Origin: Candidatus Nanopelagicales bacterium
Lineage (GTDB): Bacteria; Actinomycetota; Actinomycetes; S36-B12
Assembly (NCBI GenBank): GCA_028687755.1
Contig: JAQTZL010000003.1
Span: 144,712-208,711 of the forward strand
Length of the DNA stretch: 64,000 bases
Direction of reading: 5' to 3'
The position numbers and the translations under genes were made by a program. The notes beneath the pieces are model-generated. The model was not told where the DNA came from, did not search any database, and saw only the letters and a program-made list of their open reading frames with translations. How positions within the stretch are numbered: the first letter of the stretch is position 1; each line of letters starts with the position of its first letter. Below are positions 1 through 10,967 of this stretch, piece after piece.

Positions 1-168
1 AGCGATCGTGCGAGTATTTCAACGAAGCACACATTGGCGTTGACAAATAGAGGTGGCGCAACAGCTCAAGACATTGTTGAACTAGCGCGCGAAGTTCGCC
101 GCAAAGTGCAAACGCACTTCGGAATTGAATTACATCCCGAAGTGCGTTGCGTAGGTATTGAGCTTTAG
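1..168 (+). CDS. murB: UDP-N-acetylmuramate dehydrogenase, C-terminal fragment (5' end outside window)
   Basis: Manual frame-1 translation [55 protein letters not shown] matches the actinobacterial MurB C-terminus (S.KH.LAL.N.G.A...E). Not in the ORF track. Confidence 0.9.
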   Translation, partial: SDRASISTKHTLALTNRGGATAQDIVELAREVRRKVQTHFGIELHPEVRCVGIEL

Positions 169-1367
169 TCCACTTCACCAAGAAGTGTTGCAATTCGAGT
201 CACGCCTTCAGTGATGTCGTTATCACTTGTTGCGTATGACAAACGCAAGTAGCCAGGCGTGCCAAAGGCTTCACCTGGAACAACAGCTACTTCAACTTCG
301 TCAAGAATGAGACCCGAAAGTTGAGCTGACGATTCAATCTTCTGCCCGCGCAGACTCTTTCCGATCAGATCCTTCACTGATGGGTACACGTAAAACGCAC
401 CTTCAGGAAGTGGGCAGTTCACGCCAGGAATCGCATCGAGCATTCCAGTGATGAGTTTGCGGCGACGATCGAAGGCCACCTTCATTTCATCAACTGCATC
501 AAGGTTGCCGGTTACTGCTGCAAGCGCAGCAACCTGTGACACGTTGGCAACGTTTGAGGTTGCGTGTGATTGCAAGTTTGTCGCGCCCTTGACGATGTCT
601 GCCGGTCCGATCAACCAGCCCACACGCCAACCGGTCATGGCGTACGTCTTTGCAACACCATTGACAACGATGCAAGTGTTTGCGAGTTCTGGAACGAGCG
701 TAGGCATTGATGCGAACTGAGCATCGCCGTAGACCAGGTGTTCGTAGATCTCGTCAGTGACCACCCAGATGCCATTGGCGACTGCCCATTCACCAATTGC
801 TTTAACTTCAGCAGGGGAGTAGACCGCGCCGGTTGGGTTCGAAGGTGAAACAAACACGAGTGCCTTGGTGCGCGGTGTGCGCGCAGCATCAAGTTGCGCA
901 ATTGTTGCGCGGTAGCCACTGGTTTCGTCAGTCATCACTTCAACCGGAACACCACCTGCAAGGCGAATGGATTCTGGGTACGTGGTCCAGTACGGCGCAG
1001 GCAAGATGACTTCGTCGCCTGGGTCAAGGAGCGCAGCAAAGGCGTTGTACAACGCTTGCTTGCCACCATTGGTAATGAGCACCTGACTTGCGGCAACCTC
1101 GTAGCCCGAGTCGCGCTTGGTTTTCAAAGCGACGGCTTCTTTGAGTTCTGGTAAACCACCAGCTGGTGTGTAGCGGTGCCACTTTGGATCTGAACAGGCC
1201 TTGATGGCAGCGGCGACGATGTAATCAGGGGTTGGGAAGTCTGGCTCGCCAGCTCCAAAACCGATGACGGGACGTCCGGCTGCTTTTAGGGCCTTTGCCT
1301 TGGCATCAACGGCCAAGGTGGCAGATTCGGCAATAGCGGCAATGCGATCAGATACGCGTGCAGTCAT
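165..1367 (-). CDS. PLP-dependent class I/II aminotransferase (aspartate aminotransferase type)
   Basis: Motifs [39 protein letters not shown]. Start set at MTARVS (1367) rather than the track start of 1415. Confidence 0.93.
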   Translation of the reverse strand: MTARVSDRIAAIAESATLAVDAKAKALKAAGRPVIGFGAGEPDFPTPDYIVAAAIKACSDPKWHRYTPAGGLPELKEAVALKTKRDSGYEVAASQVLITNGGKQALYNAFAALLDPGDEVILPAPYWTTYPESIRLAGGVPVEVMTDETSGYRATIAQLDAARTPRTKALVFVSPSNPTGAVYSPAEVKAIGEWAVANGIWVVTDEIYEHLVYGDAQFASMPTLVPELANTCIVVNGVAKTYAMTGWRVGWLIGPADIVKGATNLQSHATSNVANVSQVAALAAVTGNLDAVDEMKVAFDRRRKLITGMLDAIPGVNCPLPEGAFYVYPSVKDLIGKSLRGQKIESSAQLSGLILDEVEVAVVPGEAFGTPGYLRLSYATSDNDITEGVTRIATLLGEVD

Positions 1368-1436
1368 GGAGAACATTCTTCCAGCGCAAGGCATTAGCGC
1401 AATCATCAGCCTCATTCATGCTGATTGAATGGCGAC

Positions 1437-2372
1437 ATGAGCAATCAGCTGCAATCAGTGGATCATCACCAAGCAGTGTTGGCCGCAGAGCAGCGCTCAC
1501 TTGTCATTTCGTTGTCGGCCGCTGCGGTGGTCTCTGTAGTCGGTATTGCTTGGGGATTGATCGTTTCCTCACAGATCATTTTGTTCGACGGGCTTTACGG
1601 AGTGATTGGCACCGTGCTCTCAGCACTGACGCTGCAGGTGTCACACCTCGTCAAGAAGGGTCCTTCATCTCGCTACCCCTTTGGCCGCGAGGCCTTGGGC
1701 CCGCTGGTGCTTGGTATTCAAGGGCTTGTGCTCACTGGCGCGTTTAGTTATGCCGTGATTGATGCCATCCAAATTATTTTAAATGGCGGTGGTGACACCG
1801 AACTGGGTGCAGCCTTGGTGTACGCAATTTTGGCCTTCATCGGCTCACTGGTGATCTATGTGGTGCTGCGTCGCATGAGTACTGATTCAGAGCTCGTTGC
1901 AGCTGAAGCAGCGCAATGGTTGGCAGCGGTGTACCTGGGTGTAGCCATGTTGGTGGGGTTCATCACGGCAATCCTGCTCAAGGACACTCCGTGGGCCTGG
2001 CTTTCAGGCTACGTCGACCCTGCGCTGGTGCTCATTGCGGCAGTAGTGGTCGCTCCCACCCCTATCGCGATGATTCGCACCACCATGCGCGAACTTCTCG
2101 AGGGTGCACCAGATGTAGATACCCGTGAACCTATAGAGCAGGCAGTCACCGAGCTCACCGCCCAATTCGGACTCCCTGACCCGGTTTCGATGCTGATTGG
2201 GAAGTTGGGGCGCAAGGTTTACGTCGAAGTGGATTACTTGGTGCCTGAAGGACAGTGGTCTATCAGCGACGTCGACCAGATCCGCAAGGCGCTAGGAACA
2301 AAATTGGCCGAGCCGGGCCTGAATTATTGGCTCAATGTTGAACTCCATACCGACCCGAATTGGGATGAGTAG
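1437..2372 (+). CDS. Cation diffusion facilitator (CDF) family transporter
   Basis: About 6 hydrophobic segments, S..ILFDGLY in the TM1-2 region, Y.DP in TM6, and a C-terminal cytoplasmic domain (K.GRKVYVEVDY). The ATG at 1437 looks leaderless; the track starts at 1425. Confidence 0.8.
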   Translation: MSNQLQSVDHHQAVLAAEQRSLVISLSAAAVVSVVGIAWGLIVSSQIILFDGLYGVIGTVLSALTLQVSHLVKKGPSSRYPFGREALGPLVLGIQGLVLTGAFSYAVIDAIQIILNGGGDTELGAALVYAILAFIGSLVIYVVLRRMSTDSELVAAEAAQWLAAVYLGVAMLVGFITAILLKDTPWAWLSGYVDPALVLIAAVVVAPTPIAMIRTTMRELLEGAPDVDTREPIEQAVTELTAQFGLPDPVSMLIGKLGRKVYVEVDYLVPEGQWSISDVDQIRKALGTKLAEPGLNYWLNVELHTDPNWDE

Positions 2373-2403
2373 CGCACTGGGATTTGTGCGCAAATCGGCC
2401 GGA

Positions 2404-2433
2404 TTGGACCTTGGGAAAGCCTCGGCCTAGACT
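2404..2433 (+). promoter_or_regulatory. Putative primary-sigma promoter for tRNA-Trp-secE-nusG
   Basis: TTGGAC-N18-TAGACT. Confidence 0.6.
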
Positions 2434-2492
2434 GTGCGCTCCGGTTGAACCGTTGGCGGTAGCCTGCCCAAGGCGAGCTAAAGGATCGACTT

Positions 2493-2565
2493 AGGGTAGT
2501 AGCTCAATTGGTAGAGTAACGGTCTCCAAAACCGTCGGTTGGGGGTTCGAGTCCCTCCTGCCCTG
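2493..2565 (+). tRNA. tRNA-Trp (CCA anticodon), 3' CCA not encoded
   Basis: Cloverleaf: acceptor AGGGTAG/CTGCCCT, D arm GCTC-AATTGGTA-GAGT, anticodon arm ACGGT-CTCCAAA-ACCGT, T loop GGTTCGAGTCC. Canonical position before secE. Confidence 0.97.
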
Positions 2566-2609
2566 CGCACGAAGTACGACCTCGGAACGACTGAAGTAAA
2601 GGCAAGGGA

Positions 2610-2858
2610 ATGACGGATACGGAAGGCACGAAGCCAAAAGCTTCGACGCCAGCAGAACGTGCGAAGAAGAATTTCTTCACGCGTTCAGCTTTGTTCGTAC
2701 GCCAAGTCATTGCTGAATTGCGCAAGGTCATTTGGCCAACGCGCAAGGAACTCATTGCCTACACCACTGTCGTACTGGTGTTCGTGCTGATCATGGCCGG
2801 CATCATCGCTGGACTTGATTACATCTTTACCAAGGGTGTGCTCTTCATCTTCGGATGA
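2610..2858 (+). CDS. secE: Preprotein translocase subunit SecE
   Basis: [18 protein letters not shown] motif plus one TM helix; synteny. Confidence 0.97.
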   Translation: MTDTEGTKPKASTPAERAKKNFFTRSALFVRQVIAELRKVIWPTRKELIAYTTVVLVFVLIMAGIIAGLDYIFTKGVLFIFG

Positions 2859-2902
2859 TGTGCCTACCCACTAGCCCTTCCCCGAACGAGGAGAAACCCG
2901 CC

Positions 2903-3694
2903 GTGTCCGAGCAGGACCTGAACGATCTGGTTGTCGACGCAATCGAAGAGACGATTGTTGATTCACTCGAGCCTGCGCTCGATGTTGAGTCAGAAGTTGT
3001 GCTTGACGCTGCCGTTGAAGTTGCGCAAGAAACCGCAATTGAAACGATCGACGAGACCGGCGCTGAAGAAGAAGAGCTTGATCCAGTTGAAGCGTTTCGC
3101 GAGCAAATGCGTCGCGCTCCTGGTGACTGGTACGTCATTCACTCGTACGCAGGTTACGAAAACAAGGTAAAGCAAAATCTTGAAACTCGTACTCAGTCGC
3201 TCAACATGGAGGATTACATCTTCCAGGTTGAAGTGCCGATTGAAGAAGTTACCGAAATCAAGGGCGGCGTTCGCAAGCTAGTCAAGCGCAACAAGTTCCC
3301 AGGTTACGTACTCGTGCGTTGCGATCTCACTGATGAGTCGTGGGGCGTGGTTCGCCACACACCAGGTGTCACCGGCTTCGTAGGGCATGGCCATCAGCCA
3401 TCACCGCTGTCAGTTGACGAAGTCACCGCGATTCTTGCTCCAGTTCCTGAGAAGAAGGCAGGAGCCGCAGCAGGTGGCAGCAATGCAGGCGGTGCAGCAG
3501 CATCGTCCGCTCCACAAATGGAAATCGATTTCTCTGTGGGCGATTCAGTCACTGTGGTCGATGGACCATTTGCCACGTTGCATGCAACGATCTCCGAGAT
3601 CAACATCGAAGCTCAAAAGGTCACTGGCCTGGTCGAGATCTTCGGTCGCGAAACCCCAGTTGAGCTCGCGTTCAACCAGGTCGTGAAGAACTAA
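2903..3694 (+). CDS. nusG: Transcription termination/antitermination factor NusG
   Basis: [18 protein letters not shown] domain, [13 protein letters not shown] start at 2903 after RBS GAGGAG; acidic N-terminal extension. Confidence 0.97.
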   Translation: MSEQDLNDLVVDAIEETIVDSLEPALDVESEVVLDAAVEVAQETAIETIDETGAEEEELDPVEAFREQMRRAPGDWYVIHSYAGYENKVKQNLETRTQSLNMEDYIFQVEVPIEEVTEIKGGVRKLVKRNKFPGYVLVRCDLTDESWGVVRHTPGVTGFVGHGHQPSPLSVDEVTAILAPVPEKKAGAAAGGSNAGGAAASSAPQMEIDFSVGDSVTVVDGPFATLHATISEINIEAQKVTGLVEIFGRETPVELAFNQVVKN

Positions 3695-3759
3695 CGACCA
3701 CATAGATTCCTAGAAGCGCCGCTTTTAGGTAACACCAACACGTAAGGACCCGAAACACC

Positions 3760-4191
3760 ATGGCACCGAAGAAGAAGGTTGCCGGCCTGATCAAGCTTCA
3801 AATTCAGGCAGGCGCAGCAAACCCCGCGCCGCCAGTGGGCCCAGCCCTTGGCCAGCACGGCGTCAACATCATGGAATTCTGCAAGGCTTACAACGCCGCA
3901 ACAGAAAGCCAGAAGGGCAACGTGATCCCTGTTGAGATCACGGTGTACGAAGATCGTACGTTCGATTTCGTACTCAAGACCCCTCCTGCGTCCCGACTCA
4001 TTCTCAAGGCCGCAGGCATTGAAAAGGGATCGGGTGTTCCGCACCAAACCAAGGCAGGCTCGATCACTAAAGATCAGGTCCGTCAGATTGCAGAAACCAA
4101 AATGCCTGACCTCAATGCCAATGACATTGATGCAGCGATGAAGATCATCGAAGGCACCGCCCGTCAAATGGGTATCACGGTTTCCGCATAA
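3760..4191 (+). CDS. rplK: 50S ribosomal protein L11
   Basis: [18 protein letters not shown] motif. Confidence 0.99.
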   Translation: MAPKKKVAGLIKLQIQAGAANPAPPVGPALGQHGVNIMEFCKAYNAATESQKGNVIPVEITVYEDRTFDFVLKTPPASRLILKAAGIEKGSGVPHQTKAGSITKDQVRQIAETKMPDLNANDIDAAMKIIEGTARQMGITVSA

Positions 4192-4211
4192 CTCAATCGT
4201 TTTTCCACCAT

Positions 4212-4241
4212 GTGGGAGAGCCAGCGCGGCTCGCACACCAC
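4212..4241 (+). promoter_or_regulatory. Putative L1-binding autoregulatory RNA element upstream of rplA
   Basis: GTGG-GA-GAGCC-AGCGC-GGCTC-GCACA-CCAC: two stems separated by an asymmetric internal loop containing GGGAG, 19 nt before the rplA ATG. Confidence 0.55.
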
Positions 4242-4260
4242 TACCTGCGAAGGAGCAGAC

Positions 4261-4974
4261 ATGAAGCGCAGCAAGGCCTACCGCGAAGCGGCAGAGAAGA
4301 TCAATGCAGATGAGCTCTACGCACCATTGGCAGCAGTTCGCCTGGTGAAAGAGACCACGAAGTCAAAGTTCGATCCAACAGTTGAGGTGTCAATGCGCCT
4401 CGGTGTGGATCCACGTAAGGCTGACCAGATGGTGCGTGGCACCGTCAATCTGCCTCACGGCACTGGCAAGACCGTCCGGGTCCTGGTTTTTGCTAACGCC
4501 GACAAGGCAGAAGAAGCCCGCGCTGCAGGCGCAGACTTCGTAGGTTCAGATGACCTCATCGAAAAGGTTCGCGGTGGTTGGACCGACTTCGATGCAGCCG
4601 TCTGTACACCTGATCTCATGGGCAAGGTCGGCACATTGGGCAAGGTGCTTGGTCCCCGTGGCCTCATGCCAAACCCAAAGACCGGCACCGTCACGATGGA
4701 TGTTGCAAAGGCCGTGGATGACATCAAGGGCGGAAAGATTGAATTCCGTGTTGATAAGCATTCAAACCTGCAGTTCCCAATTGGCAAGGCTTCGTTCACT
4801 GAAGTTCAGCTCGTTGAAAACTACGCAGCCGCGCTTGACGAAGTGATGCGTTTGAAGCCTTCAGCTTCCAAGGGTCGCTACATCAAGAAGGCAGTGCTTT
4901 CTTCAACGATGGGACCTGGCATTCAGGTTGATTCAAACCGTGTAAAGAACCTGCTTGTTGAGGATGAGGCCTAA
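4261..4974 (+). CDS. rplA: 50S ribosomal protein L1
   Basis: [27 protein letters not shown]; ATG at 4261 after AGGAG. Confidence 0.99.
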   Translation: MKRSKAYREAAEKINADELYAPLAAVRLVKETTKSKFDPTVEVSMRLGVDPRKADQMVRGTVNLPHGTGKTVRVLVFANADKAEEARAAGADFVGSDDLIEKVRGGWTDFDAAVCTPDLMGKVGTLGKVLGPRGLMPNPKTGTVTMDVAKAVDDIKGGKIEFRVDKHSNLQFPIGKASFTEVQLVENYAAALDEVMRLKPSASKGRYIKKAVLSSTMGPGIQVDSNRVKNLLVEDEA

Positions 4975-4993
4975 GCCTTAACTCTCCAAACGA

Positions 4994-5025
4994 ACGAAGG
5001 CCCGCTCAATTGAGCGGGCCTTCGT
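4994..5025. terminator. Bidirectional terminator-like hairpin between convergent rplA and the secreted-protein gene
   Basis: Perfect 32-nt palindrome ACGAAGGCCCGCTCAA/TTGAGCGGGCCTTCGT followed by CTTTG. Confidence 0.8.
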
Positions 5026-5041
5026 CTTTGTGTTGTAACAG

Positions 5042-5683
5042 TTAAAGACCTGCTACCTGCTGAAGTTCAGATGCGATCTTGAGGAGTTGCTGGTAGCTGA
5101 CGCCAGGGCTTACCTGAATAACGACATCCGTGTTCCCAGGCGAACCCATTGTGTTCGAAGGCTTTGCTGTCATACGAAGTTCGCCACCATATTTAGAAAC
5201 ATCAGATTCCTTGCAACGCAAATTTGCAGGCGGTGCTGGAAGTAAACCGTTCTTCGCCTTGGCGGTGTAGCAATCAGCGCTCACCTGAGTCTTAATTGCA
5301 ATTGGGGTATCTGGGCCACCAAGTTTGATCGTTGGGTTACCAACAAGAAGGCGTCGAGTGCTCGGAGTTGGATCAACAGCAGCCGGAACACCAGCCCAGT
5401 TTTCAAACATCACCATTTGCTTCTTGCCAACCTTGTAGGTAGCAACAGCTCCATTACCAAATTGCTTGACCGGCGTGCCGACAGAGACAGAGATGCCGCC
5501 ACTTTGTTTCAAGCCAGCAGTAAAGGTTGGTTGCCACAGTGAGCCATCTGCGCCGAGAGTGGTTGCGGCCTTTGCCCAGGTTGGCACGGTGGTTGTCGTG
5601 ACATCGGCAGATGCCAGCGTGGCGCTGCCAAGCAGGATGGCTGCACTTGAAGTCGCGATAAGGCTAATTTTCTTAAGGTTCAT
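5042..5683 (-). CDS. Secreted hypothetical protein (Sec signal peptide, two Cys)
   Basis: MNLKK-hydrophobic-ASA signal peptide; 213 aa; TACATT-N6-ATG leaderless-type start. Confidence 0.8.
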   Translation of the reverse strand: MNLKKISLIATSSAAILLGSATLASADVTTTTVPTWAKAATTLGADGSLWQPTFTAGLKQSGGISVSVGTPVKQFGNGAVATYKVGKKQMVMFENWAGVPAAVDPTPSTRRLLVGNPTIKLGGPDTPIAIKTQVSADCYTAKAKNGLLPAPPANLRCKESDVSKYGGELRMTAKPSNTMGSPGNTDVVIQVSPGVSYQQLLKIASELQQVAGL

Positions 5684-5731
5684 ATCTTGAATGTACGTTC
5701 TTGGTCACGGTTTTGCCCGGTAGCAGCCGTT

Positions 5732-5760
5732 TTGACGGCGCGGCCCGCGACCCGTACAGT
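5732..5760 (+). promoter_or_regulatory. Putative promoter of rplJ-rplL
   Basis: TTGACG-N17-TACAGT. Confidence 0.7.
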
Positions 5761-5765
5761 TCAAC

Positions 5766-5899
5766 CCGACCGAAGACCGCTGGTCACGAACCGCAAGGTT
5801 CGTCGAAGGCTCCACAACTTGTGAGCGACCCGCGTAGGACATGAAGTGAAGCCGCATACGTGCGGCTAAGCCCCGTGCGCCTGCGCCGGGGCGTTTTGC
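5766..5899 (+). promoter_or_regulatory. L10 leader (L10/L12-responsive r-protein leader)
   Basis: CCGAAGACCGCTGGT...GAAGG...CCCGCGTAGGAC core typical of L10 leaders, followed by GCCCCG...CGGGGC-GTTTTG attenuator-like hairpin before rplJ. Confidence 0.8.
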
Positions 5900-5926
5900 A
5901 TGGTGGGGCCAAATGAAAGGAGCCCC

Positions 5927-6586
5927 ATGGCTAAGGCGACAAAGGTGACAGCAGTCACCGAGCTCGCAGAGCACTTCAGCACCTCAAGTGCAGCAGTGCT
6001 AACTGAATACCGTGGCCTCACCGTTGCTCAGCTCAAAGAGTTGCGCCGTACGTTGGGACCAACGGTCACCTTCGCGGTTGTCAAGAACACCTTGACAAAG
6101 ATCGCAGCAAAAGACGCTGGTGTTACTGGCATTGACGACCTGTTGGTTGGCCCAAGCGCAATTGCGTTTGTTAAGGGTGACGCAGTGGAAGCAGCTAAGA
6201 GCATCAAGGCTTTCGCAAAGGAAAACGCAGCGCTTGTCATCAAGGGCGGCATCATGGACGGCAAGGTGCTCAGCGCATCTGACGTCCAGAAGATTGCTGA
6301 TCTTGAATCACGCGAGGTTCTCCTGTCCAAGCTTGCTGGCGCGATGAAGGCAAAGCAGTCTCAAGCTGCCGCACTCTTCGCTGCACCACTGGCAAAGACC
6401 GCACGCGCTCTTGGCGCATTGCAGACCAAGCTCGAGTCAGATCCATCGGCTCAGGCAGCAGCCCCGGCAGCAGTTGTCGAGGAAGCACCAGCAGCTCCAG
6501 CAGAAGAAGTTGTTGAAGTTGTTGCAGAAGTAACCACCGAAACTGAAGCCGTTGAGGCAGCTGTTGAGGAAACCACCGAGGGCTAA
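5927..6586 (+). CDS. rplJ: 50S ribosomal protein L10
   Basis: [26 protein letters not shown]; ATG at 5927 after AAGGAG; Ala/Glu-rich C-terminal tail. Confidence 0.98.
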   Translation: MAKATKVTAVTELAEHFSTSSAAVLTEYRGLTVAQLKELRRTLGPTVTFAVVKNTLTKIAAKDAGVTGIDDLLVGPSAIAFVKGDAVEAAKSIKAFAKENAALVIKGGIMDGKVLSASDVQKIADLESREVLLSKLAGAMKAKQSQAAALFAAPLAKTARALGALQTKLESDPSAQAAAPAAVVEEAPAAPAEEVVEVVAEVTTETEAVEAAVEETTEG

Positions 6587-6636
6587 AGCCCACAATTGCC
6601 CGGCCCTCGGCCGGTTCTACCTGAAAGGACGCCACC

Positions 6637-7026
6637 ATGGCGAAGTTGAGCACCGATGATCTGCTTGAAGCATTCAAGGAGATGACCCTTCTCGAACTCT
6701 CAGAGTTCGTCAAGATGTTCGAAGAGACCTTTGACGTAACCGCAGCAGCTCCAGTAGCAGTTGCAGCAGTTGCAGCAGCAGGCGGCGGCGACGCTGGCGC
6801 TGCAGGCGGCGACCAGGATGAGTTCGATGTCATCCTCGAAGCAGCAGGCGACAACAAGATTCCTGTGATCAAGGAAGTGCGTGCACTTACCAACCTTGGT
6901 CTTAAGGAAGCTAAGGACCTCGTTGAGGCTGCTCCAAAGGCAATCCTTGAGAAGGTTTCAAAGGATGCAGCTGAAGCCGCTAAGGCTCAGCTCGAAGGCG
7001 CTGGCGCAAAGGTCACCGTTAAGTAA
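6637..7026 (+). CDS. rplL: 50S ribosomal protein L7/L12
   Basis: [30 protein letters not shown]. Confidence 0.99.
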   Translation: MAKLSTDDLLEAFKEMTLLELSEFVKMFEETFDVTAAAPVAVAAVAAAGGGDAGAAGGDQDEFDVILEAAGDNKIPVIKEVRALTNLGLKEAKDLVEAAPKAILEKVSKDAAEAAKAQLEGAGAKVTVK

Positions 7027-7040
7027 TTCCTTTACGTTGC

Positions 7041-7068
7041 AAGGGGTCGGCCTTCGGGTCGGCCCCTT
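7041..7068 (+). terminator. Hairpin after rplL
   Basis: AAGGGGTCGGCC-TTCG-GGTCGGCCCCTT followed by CTTCGTTGTTT. Confidence 0.7.
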
Positions 7069-7285
7069 CTTCGTTGTTTAGAGGGATTTTGCGGGCATTT
7101 ATCCCCAAGATTCACGAATTTCCCACAATGCGCTTGACCTTTTGAGCTTTCGGGTCCATCGTTTGCTCCGCAGTCCCGTGCGCCATATCGGTTACCGAGG
7201 ATTTGTTCGTTTCACCAGGTCGCAGCTGTCGCAGATTCTGGTCCGACGAACAAAACATCGAGGGTGATCGCTGATGGGGGCGGGG

Positions 7286-7314
7286 TCGACAGCGGTTTGC
7301 CCTTCGGGTAGACT
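7286..7314 (+). promoter_or_regulatory. Putative rpoBC promoter (a second candidate TTGACC-N17-CATCGT lies at 7134-7162)
   Basis: TCGACA-N17-TAGACT. Confidence 0.6.
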
Positions 7315-7429
7315 GCCGCTTCGCGCTGCCATTTCTATGCACACACCACCGGGTGTTCAAGGGGTCTGCTCCTTGACTGTCCGGATTGTCGGCATTGATT
7401 CAGGTTTCGCAAGTTGGAAATAGCTTTCT

Positions 7430-10400
7430 GTGGAAGGAACTGCTTTGGCCCCCACGCGTACGGCAAACGTCACGCCGCTTTCCCCTGGACTCCACCGAGC
7501 CTCGTTCGCAAAGATTCGCGAGCCGCTTGCTGCACCAGACCTGTTGAAGTTGCAGACTGCAAGCTTTGACTGGCTGCTTGGCGGTGAGCTGTGGAAGTCG
7601 GCTGTTGCCAAGTCCATTGCTGAAGGCAACAACGAAATTCCTCAGGTCTCAGGCCTGACGGAAATCTTCGAAGAGATCAGCCCGATTGAGGATTTCGCTG
7701 GCGCCATGTCGCTGTCGTTCCGCGATCATCGCTTTGAGCCTCCGAAGTACACCGTTGAGCAGTGCAAGGACAAAGACTTCACGTACTCAGCCCCATTGTT
7801 TGTGACTGCAGAGTTCATGAACAACGAGACTGGCGAAATCAAGTCCCAGACCGTCTTCATGGGTGACTTCCCACTGATGACCAACAAGGGCACCTTCGTC
7901 ATCAACGGCACCGAGCGTGTTGTTGTTTCTCAGATTGTTCGTTCACCAGGCGTGTACTTCGATCGCTCTGTTGACAAGGCAACTGACAAAGATGTCTTCG
8001 CAACCAAGATCATCCCGAGCCGTGGTGCATGGCTTGAGTTTGAAATTGATAAGAAGGATCTTGTTGCAGTTCGTGTTGACCGCAAGCGCAAGCAGCCGGT
8101 CACCGTGCTGTTGAAGGCTTTGGGCATGACCACTGAAGAGATTGTTGAGCGTTTCGGTAAGTACGAAACCTTCATGGCAACTCTTGAGAAGGATCACATT
8201 GCTAGCCAAGAAGATGCGCTTCTAGACATTTACCGCAAGCTGCGCCCTGGCGAACCTCCTACATTGGAAAACGCTCGAAACTTGCTCGACAACTTCTACT
8301 TCAACCCAAAGCGTTATGACCTTGCCAAGGTTGGTCGCTACAAGATCAACAAGAAGCTTGGTCTTGATCTGCCATTGACGCAGAGTGTGTTGACTCTCGA
8401 AGACATCATCCAAACGGTTGAGTACTTGGTGTGCTTGCATGCAAGCGAAGCCACCATCGAAGGCCCACGTGGCGCAGTGCGCGTTGAAACTGACGACATT
8501 GATCACTTCGGTAACCGTCGTCTTCGTACCGTTGGCGAACTGATTCAGAATCAGATCCGCACCGGTTTGTCACGTATGGAGCGCGTTGTTCGTGAGCGCA
8601 TGACCACTCAAGATGTTGAAGCAATCACGCCACAGACGTTGATCAACATCCGTCCAGTAGTTGCGTCAATTAAGGAGTTCTTCGGAACTTCTCAGTTGTC
8701 ACAGTTCATGGACCAGACCAACCCACTTGCTGGCTTGACGCACAAGCGTCGTCTTTCAGCACTTGGACCGGGCGGTCTTTCACGTGAGCGCGCAGGCTTC
8801 GAGGTCCGCGACGTTCACCCATCGCACTACGGCCGCATGTGCCCAATTGAAACCCCTGAAGGTCCAAACATTGGTCTGATCGGTTCGTTGGCAACCTATG
8901 GTCGCGTCAATGCATTCGGTTTCATCGAAACTCCATACCGCAAGGTTGTGAATGGTCGCGTTCTCGACGAGGTCGATTACCTGACTGCTGATGAAGAAGA
9001 TCTGCATGTGGTGGCTCAGGCCAACACCACGATTGATGGCAACGGCAAGATGCTCGACGACCGCGTTCTCGTGCGTCGTAAGGGTGGCGAAGTCGATTAC
9101 ATCCTTCCAAACGACGTTGACTACATGGACGTTTCACCACGTCAGCTGTGGTCAGTTGCAACCGCAATGATTCCGTTCCTTGAGCATGACGATGCAAACC
9201 GCGCGCTCATGGGTTCGAACATGCAACGCCAGGCAGTGCCATTGCTTCGTGCAGAGGCACCACTTGTGGGTACCGGCATGGAATTCCGCGCGGCATACGA
9301 CGCAGCAGACATCGTTACTGCGCAAGCAGCTGGTGTTGTCACTGAAGTATCAGCCGATGCAGTCACCGTGATGCAAGACAACGGCGAATACATGGTCTAC
9401 AGCATGGAGAAGTTCCATCGCTCAAACCAGGGCACCTGCTTTAACCAGCGCCCAGTTGTCAGTGCAAACGAGCGCGTTGAAGTTGGTCAGATTCTTGCTG
9501 ACGGTCCTTCAACTGACCTCGGCGAAATGGCTCTTGGTAAGAACCTGCTCGTGGCATTCATGCCATGGGAAGGTCACAACTACGAAGATGCGATCATCCT
9601 GAACCAGCGTCTTGTGCAAGATGACGTGCTTTCTTCAATTCACATTGAAGAGCATGAAGTTGATGCACGCGACACCAAGCTTGGTCCAGAGGAAATCACT
9701 CGCGACATTCCTAACGTTGCAGAAGAAGTGCTTGCTGATCTTGATGATCGCGGCATCATTCGCATCGGTGCAGATGTTGTTCCTGGTGACATTCTCGTTG
9801 GCAAGGTCACACCTAAGGGTGAAACCGAACTCACGCCAGAAGAGCGTTTGCTTCGTGCAATCTTCGGCGAGAAGGCTCGCGAAGTTCGCGATACCTCACT
9901 GAAGGTTCCACACGGTGAATCTGGCAAGGTCATTGGCGTTCGCGTGTTTGATCGCGAAGAAGGCGATGAGCTTCCACCAGGTGTGAATCGTTTGGTTCGC
10001 GTCTACATCGCTCAGAAGCGCAAGATCACCGAAGGTGACAAGCTTGCTGGTCGTCACGGTAACAAGGGTGTTATCTCCAAGATTCTGCCTGCCGAAGACA
10101 TGCCATTCCTCGAAGACGGAACTCCAGTCGACATCGTGCTGAACCCACTTGGTGTTCCAGGACGTATGAACGTCGGCCAGATTCTTGAAACTCACTTGGG
10201 TTGGGCAGCAGCAACGGGTTGGAAGGTTGATCCAACTGACCCACGCGCAAAGAACCTGCCACTTGATGTGCAGTCGGCTGAACGTCGCACGAAGGTGGCA
10301 ACACCTGTGTTCGACGGTGCTCGCGAAGAAGAACTCGCATTGGTTCTTGAATCAACATTGCCAACTGATGATGGGTTCACCCTCGTTGGTGCAGATGGCA

Positions 10401-10912
10401 AGGCGCAATTGTTTGACGGACGTAGTGGTGAGCCTTACCCAGGCCGCGTAACCGTTGGTTACATCTACATCCTCAAGCTCCTGCACTTGGTTGACGACAA
10501 GATCCACGCACGTTCAACCGGTCCTTACTCAATGATCACCCAGCAACCACTGGGCGGTAAGGCACAGTTCGGTGGCCAGCGCTTCGGCGAAATGGAAGTA
10601 TGGGCACTTGAGGCATATGGCGCTGCCTATGCACTTCAGGAGCTCTTGACCATTAAGTCCGATGACGTTCTTGGTCGCGTGAAGGTATACGAAGCCATCG
10701 TTAAGGGCGAGAACGTTCCTGAACCAGGTATTCCTGAATCATTCAAGGTTCTCGTCAAGGAAATGCAGTCGTTGTGTCTTAACGTCGAGGTGTTGTCCAG
10801 CAATGGTCAGCTCATCGAACTGCGTGACTCTGATGAAGATGTCTTCCGCACCGCCGAGGAACTCGGTATCGACTTGTCACGCCCAGAGCGCAGCAGCGTC
10901 GAAGAGCTTTAG
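7430..10912 (+). CDS. rpoB: RNA polymerase beta subunit
   Basis: [34 protein letters not shown]. True start may be TTG at 7445 (GGAAGGA upstream). Confidence 0.99.
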   Translation: MEGTALAPTRTANVTPLSPGLHRASFAKIREPLAAPDLLKLQTASFDWLLGGELWKSAVAKSIAEGNNEIPQVSGLTEIFEEISPIEDFAGAMSLSFRDHRFEPPKYTVEQCKDKDFTYSAPLFVTAEFMNNETGEIKSQTVFMGDFPLMTNKGTFVINGTERVVVSQIVRSPGVYFDRSVDKATDKDVFATKIIPSRGAWLEFEIDKKDLVAVRVDRKRKQPVTVLLKALGMTTEEIVERFGKYETFMATLEKDHIASQEDALLDIYRKLRPGEPPTLENARNLLDNFYFNPKRYDLAKVGRYKINKKLGLDLPLTQSVLTLEDIIQTVEYLVCLHASEATIEGPRGAVRVETDDIDHFGNRRLRTVGELIQNQIRTGLSRMERVVRERMTTQDVEAITPQTLINIRPVVASIKEFFGTSQLSQFMDQTNPLAGLTHKRRLSALGPGGLSRERAGFEVRDVHPSHYGRMCPIETPEGPNIGLIGSLATYGRVNAFGFIETPYRKVVNGRVLDEVDYLTADEEDLHVVAQANTTIDGNGKMLDDRVLVRRKGGEVDYILPNDVDYMDVSPRQLWSVATAMIPFLEHDDANRALMGSNMQRQAVPLLRAEAPLVGTGMEFRAAYDAADIVTAQAAGVVTEVSADAVTVMQDNGEYMVYSMEKFHRSNQGTCFNQRPVVSANERVEVGQILADGPSTDLGEMALGKNLLVAFMPWEGHNYEDAIILNQRLVQDDVLSSIHIEEHEVDARDTKLGPEEITRDIPNVAEEVLADLDDRGIIRIGADVVPGDILVGKVTPKGETELTPEERLLRAIFGEKAREVRDTSLKVPHGESGKVIGVRVFDREEGDELPPGVNRLVRVYIAQKRKITEGDKLAGRHGNKGVISKILPAEDMPFLEDGTPVDIVLNPLGVPGRMNVGQILETHLGWAAATGWKVDPTDPRAKNLPLDVQSAERRTKVATPVFDGAREEELALVLESTLPTDDGFTLVGADGKAQLFDGRSGEPYPGRVTVGYIYILKLLHLVDDKIHARSTGPYSMITQQPLGGKAQFGGQRFGEMEVWALEAYGAAYALQELLTIKSDDVLGRVKVYEAIVKGENVPEPGIPESFKVLVKEMQSLCLNVEVLSSNGQLIELRDSDEDVFRTAEELGIDLSRPERSSVEEL

Positions 10913-10967
10913 AAATCTACAGCTCAATCCTTAGCTAACTTCCCGGAAACGAACGAAGGACACTTCA

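Noticed and set aside
2373-2609. Possible integrative element at tRNA-Trp
   Set aside because: No integrase, and no duplicated tRNA 3' end noticed in the window
2903-3100. Acidic low-complexity extensions of NusG (also L10, L17, S3, S9)
   Set aside because: Ordinary for actinobacterial orthologues
6270-6893. 207-aa antisense ORF over rplJ/rplL, and the many other antisense ORFs across r-protein, rpo and fus/tuf genes
   Set aside because: Expected antisense shadows from codon bias; low-complexity translations
8680-8790. RpoB rifampicin-resistance region variants DQTN and PLAG (Ala at the E. coli S522-equivalent)
   Set aside because: Key Q513, D516, H526 and S531 equivalents are intact, and I recall PLAG being common in other actinobacteria; no basis to claim resistance
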